A stretch of DNA of 48,642 nt from Sanchytrium tribonematis (Eukaryota): the NCBI GenBank assembly GCA_018985235.1, contig JADGIG010000016.1:1-48642 (forward strand), in the 5' to 3' direction. The number at the start of each line of letters is the position of its first letter. The first letter of the stretch is position 1. The notes under the pieces were generated by a model, which had not been told where the DNA came from, ran no database searches, and saw only the letters and a list, made by a program, of their open reading frames with translations. A program made the position numbers and the translations under genes. Of the stretch, positions 45,863 through 48,642 are shown in pieces.

Positions 45863-45931
45863 GTTTTGAGTGAGATACGAGAAATAAATGAAGCGGAGTA
45901 GCCAATCATATCATTCTTTTAATTAAATTTT

Positions 45932-47548
45932 TTATTTGCACAAGGCGGATTCATAAATTTTCAGCTCAATCAAAGCATCTTCCATGTCTTCTCTCATTCT
46001 ATCTTCGAACGAATCTTTAAGAGCATTGACAATCAATGCAACTCTTTCTAGCATTTCCAATCTATCAGAGACAGAAGCAGCAGATTTCGCTTCAAACGCT
46101 AAGACATCCAAATCAAACTTTTGATGTATTTTCTCCAATTTATCCGCTACCGGAATGTCTTCGTTTGTCATCGACTCTACTAAATTGACCAGTTGATTAT
46201 ACTTTTTTAATAATATTGATCCATTTTCCTTCGTTTGTTCAAAGCTAGCAAGTTTACCTTTTAATTCGATCTTACACTTTTCAATCGCTACTAATATTTT
46301 GTCCACTGATTTTTGTTCCAAAGTAGCCACATTTAATTTGGAATCTTTAACCTTTGTTCTCAAAGAATTAATTTTAATTAGAATATCACTTTGCAATTGC
46401 GAGGAGCCATTCAAATACTTCGTCATCTCATCTTTTATCTCATCCTGTTGCCTATCAAGATCAGTTTTGCTAAAATTTCTAAAGCTTTTTGTAGTTTCAA
46501 CTATGGCATCGGCAATTTCGTCGAAACAAACAAAATATTCGTCAGGTAAGTCTTGAACATTTACCGCCTGAACTTTGGTTTTTATAACAATAAAGTCGTG
46601 CGTTGTGGGGCTTTCTCCGTCTTGTCCAAATGGTTTCCCATATATCCCTACTAATTTGGACAAGTGATCAACCGATTTTTTAAACGATTTCGTTTTAAAT
46701 AATTCTGTGTCCTGCGGTTTATATTTAAAGCATTCTTCAATATGTTTTTCCATTAAACTGTGAAGTATGTTTTTTCCTTCCTAAATTAAAATAAATTTAC
46801 AAGCATTTCACCGATTAAAGGGAAACCTTTTTCTTTGGCCAGCTGGGAGGGCGTTTGCGAAAGGCTATTAACAATCTTCGGATCTGCCCCGTGCTTTATT
46901 AGAAATCGAACAAAAGGAATTTTACCTTTTCCACTGACAGCATGTAAACTAAATTAGCAAATAATACACTGTATCTCCTTGCTCAAATTTAACATCTACA
47001 AAAGTACCGATTTTGATAACTGAGCTTCTTTTTGTTTTTGTATTGATGTCCACATTATGATCCAAATAAAGCTTTAATATATCTAATGATTTATAGCAAA
47101 CGTAATGAATAGGCAATACCCCCCAACTATTGAATTGAAATAGTAGTTGCGGTGCCCTTTCAACCACAAACTTCGCGATATGCAATCTGGGCTTACTACT
47201 GAGGCCTAGTTCATGCAAGACATTGTTTTCGTTTCTATCGACACAATCCAATCGAGCACCATATTCTAAGAGTAGTTGAAATATAGTATCATGCTCTTGC
47301 CAAATTGCGTAAAGCAAAGCCGTTCTAGATCCCTCTGTGCTTGTTGAATGATTTGGATCGGCACCCTTATCCAATAACAGCTTTACAATTCTTATATTTC
47401 CTTGTTTTGTAGCTTCCATTAATGGAAAAGTTTGATCTCCTAAAGTAATGTTAACATAACCAGGTAATTCCGATATAATTTCAGAAATCTTATTGTAGTT
47501 CTCTTCCCTGATGTATCTCATAAAATCCTCTTGACTTACCCTAGACAT
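45932..47548 (-). CDS. Ankyrin-repeat protein with C-terminal helical/coiled-coil region; exons 47548-46968, 46948-46801, 46780-45932
   Basis: Ankyrin repeats (PLMEA..GNIRIVKLLLDKGADPN); splicing restores GDTVLHAVSGKG...LIKHGADP and links to ORF 45932-46753. Confidence 0.85.
46781..46800 (-). other. 20-nt spliceosomal intron (ankyrin gene, intron 2)
   Basis: GTAAATTTATTTTAATTTAG; removal gives ...IGEML-EGKNILHSLMEKHIEE. Confidence 0.82.
46949..46967 (-). other. 19-nt spliceosomal intron (ankyrin gene, intron 1)
   Basis: GTATTATTTGCTAATTTAG; restores the ankyrin motif GDTVLH. Confidence 0.9.
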
Positions 47549-47591
47549 AAAGTAATGTTGTTTCAGATCTAAAATTTGATAATTTATTGAT

Positions 47592-47933
47592 CTACCATTT
47601 AATAAAGTTAGGCTGTTTTTTAAATGTTAAATAAGACTGATAATTAAAAAAAGAAAGTTCACAATCATCTTTCAAACGAGAGCTTAGCACAATATCGTCG
47701 CTCAAAATCATGGAAGAGTCATCATCTAGATTTATCACTAAGTTTTGAGTCTTAAATGCGTGAGGGATGAAATATATTTTTACAGTGTCGTAATTTCCGT
47801 CAAATTTTTTTGGCAAAAGTTCCATGATCTTTTTTTTTAAAAAGTTAATGTTACTAGTGCCATCGATATCCAGAACAATCGATTTAATGGTTCGATATTC
47901 AAAATTCTTAATGACGCGGACTGTAAGTTTCAT
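47592..47933 (-). CDS. AIM29: UPF0538/DUF2340 ubiquitin-like protein (Aim29/C2orf76 family)
   Basis: LTVRVIKNFEYRTIK, YDTVKIY..PHAFKTQNLVINLDDD and ELSFFN..Y..FK..P..KW. Confidence 0.9.
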   Translation of the reverse strand: MKLTVRVIKNFEYRTIKSIVLDIDGTSNINFLKKKIMELLPKKFDGNYDTVKIYFIPHAFKTQNLVINLDDDSSMILSDDIVLSSRLKDDCELSFFNYQSYLTFKKQPNFIKW

Positions 47934-47974
47934 TCTTTATCTAGCTCCTTCAAACTATTTTTGATGTGGCTTGA

Positions 47975-48642
47975 ATGTCAAATCGCTTCATTGATGGTAT
48001 AAAATTTTTAACAGACTTTAAAAATAAGAAATTTGTTTTAAGATACAGCGATATAAGTGAACGTGCAAAAAATGTCGCTTATCTACATATGCAATTACTC
48101 GTAAAAGACGCGAGTTTACTTGCGTCGCTTGTTATAGATGTTTCCGAAACAATTGTAATTCATTCCGGCGAAGCTTTTTCTAAGGGTAAGAAAGATAAAT
48201 ATATTAGCGATGGAGTACAAGAGCGAATTACTCAACTACTAGATATTGCTATCCAAATGTTGTATATTGGAGTAAATTTTGGTGCTCAAATATTAAAGAA
48301 TGCCTCCTTAAATAGCAAAAAATTCGAGGAAAAAGTAGAAGAGATTGTAAAGCTCGTGAAAGATGTTTTTATGAGTCAAAGCCAAGAAGAATTCGAAAAT
48401 AGCTGCTCAAACATACTAAATCAGTTGAACACTGTTAGAACACGATTAAAGCTTTACCCATATATTACGCTAATGATTGAAATTGACCTAGTCTTAGAAA
48501 ATTTGACTATTATGAGCAATGGCGGTAGAATGCTTCACTCTAATTGTATCAGGATATCCACGAATGCAAGAGTTATAAAGCCTCAAAGTGGTAGTAATAA
48601 TGGCTCAAAAGAACTTGCAATATCAGAGGAAATTGGCGAAGA
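47975..48642 (+). CDS. Hypothetical protein, N-terminal part (runs off window)
   Basis: Open frame from ATG 47975 (MSNRFIDGIKFLTDFKNKK...) with no stop to the window end, 222 codons; absent from the ORF track. Confidence 0.75.
   Translation, partial: MSNRFIDGIKFLTDFKNKKFVLRYSDISERAKNVAYLHMQLLVKDASLLASLVIDVSETIVIHSGEAFSKGKKDKYISDGVQERITQLLDIAIQMLYIGVNFGAQILKNASLNSKKFEEKVEEIVKLVKDVFMSQSQEEFENSCSNILNQLNTVRTRLKLYPYITLMIEIDLVLENLTIMSNGGRMLHSNCIRISTNARVIKPQSGSNNGSKELAISEEIGE

Noticed and set aside
47997..48014. 18-nt GT-AG segment GTATAAAATTTTTAACAG near the start of the last ORF
   Set aside because: No A at -6 and the frame is open without splicing; cannot be supported without RNA data.

Overview
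AT-rich, extremely gene-dense eukaryotic nuclear DNA: about 43 protein-coding genes in 48.6 kb, standard genetic code, intergenic gaps often 0-40 nt. Gene content points to an early-diverging, flagellum-gene-bearing fungus or close holomycotan: fungal-type TUP1, MTD1, HIS3, PAM17, LSB6 and fused PabA-PabB occur beside IFT46, a SARAH-domain Hippo/MST kinase, severin/gelsolin, BCKDH E2, IVD and a class-C-like GPCR. A reduced lineage such as Sanchytriomycota is a plausible but unverified guess. The main finding is a miniature splicing system. Fifteen GT-AG introns were reconstructed by hand, twelve of 19 nt and three of 20 nt. All end in Y-T-N-A-Y-N-N-A-G with the putative branch A fixed at -6, and removing each one restores the reading frame, usually through a recognisable conserved motif. 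They are strongly biased to gene 3' ends, the opposite of the usual intron-poor pattern. Other compaction features include 20-41-nt bidirectional promoters, CCT/GGG motifs just before start codons, and poly(A) signals fused to stop codons. No rRNA, tRNA, CRISPR or mobile element was recognised. All calls come from reading the sequence and remembered motifs; no database search was run.
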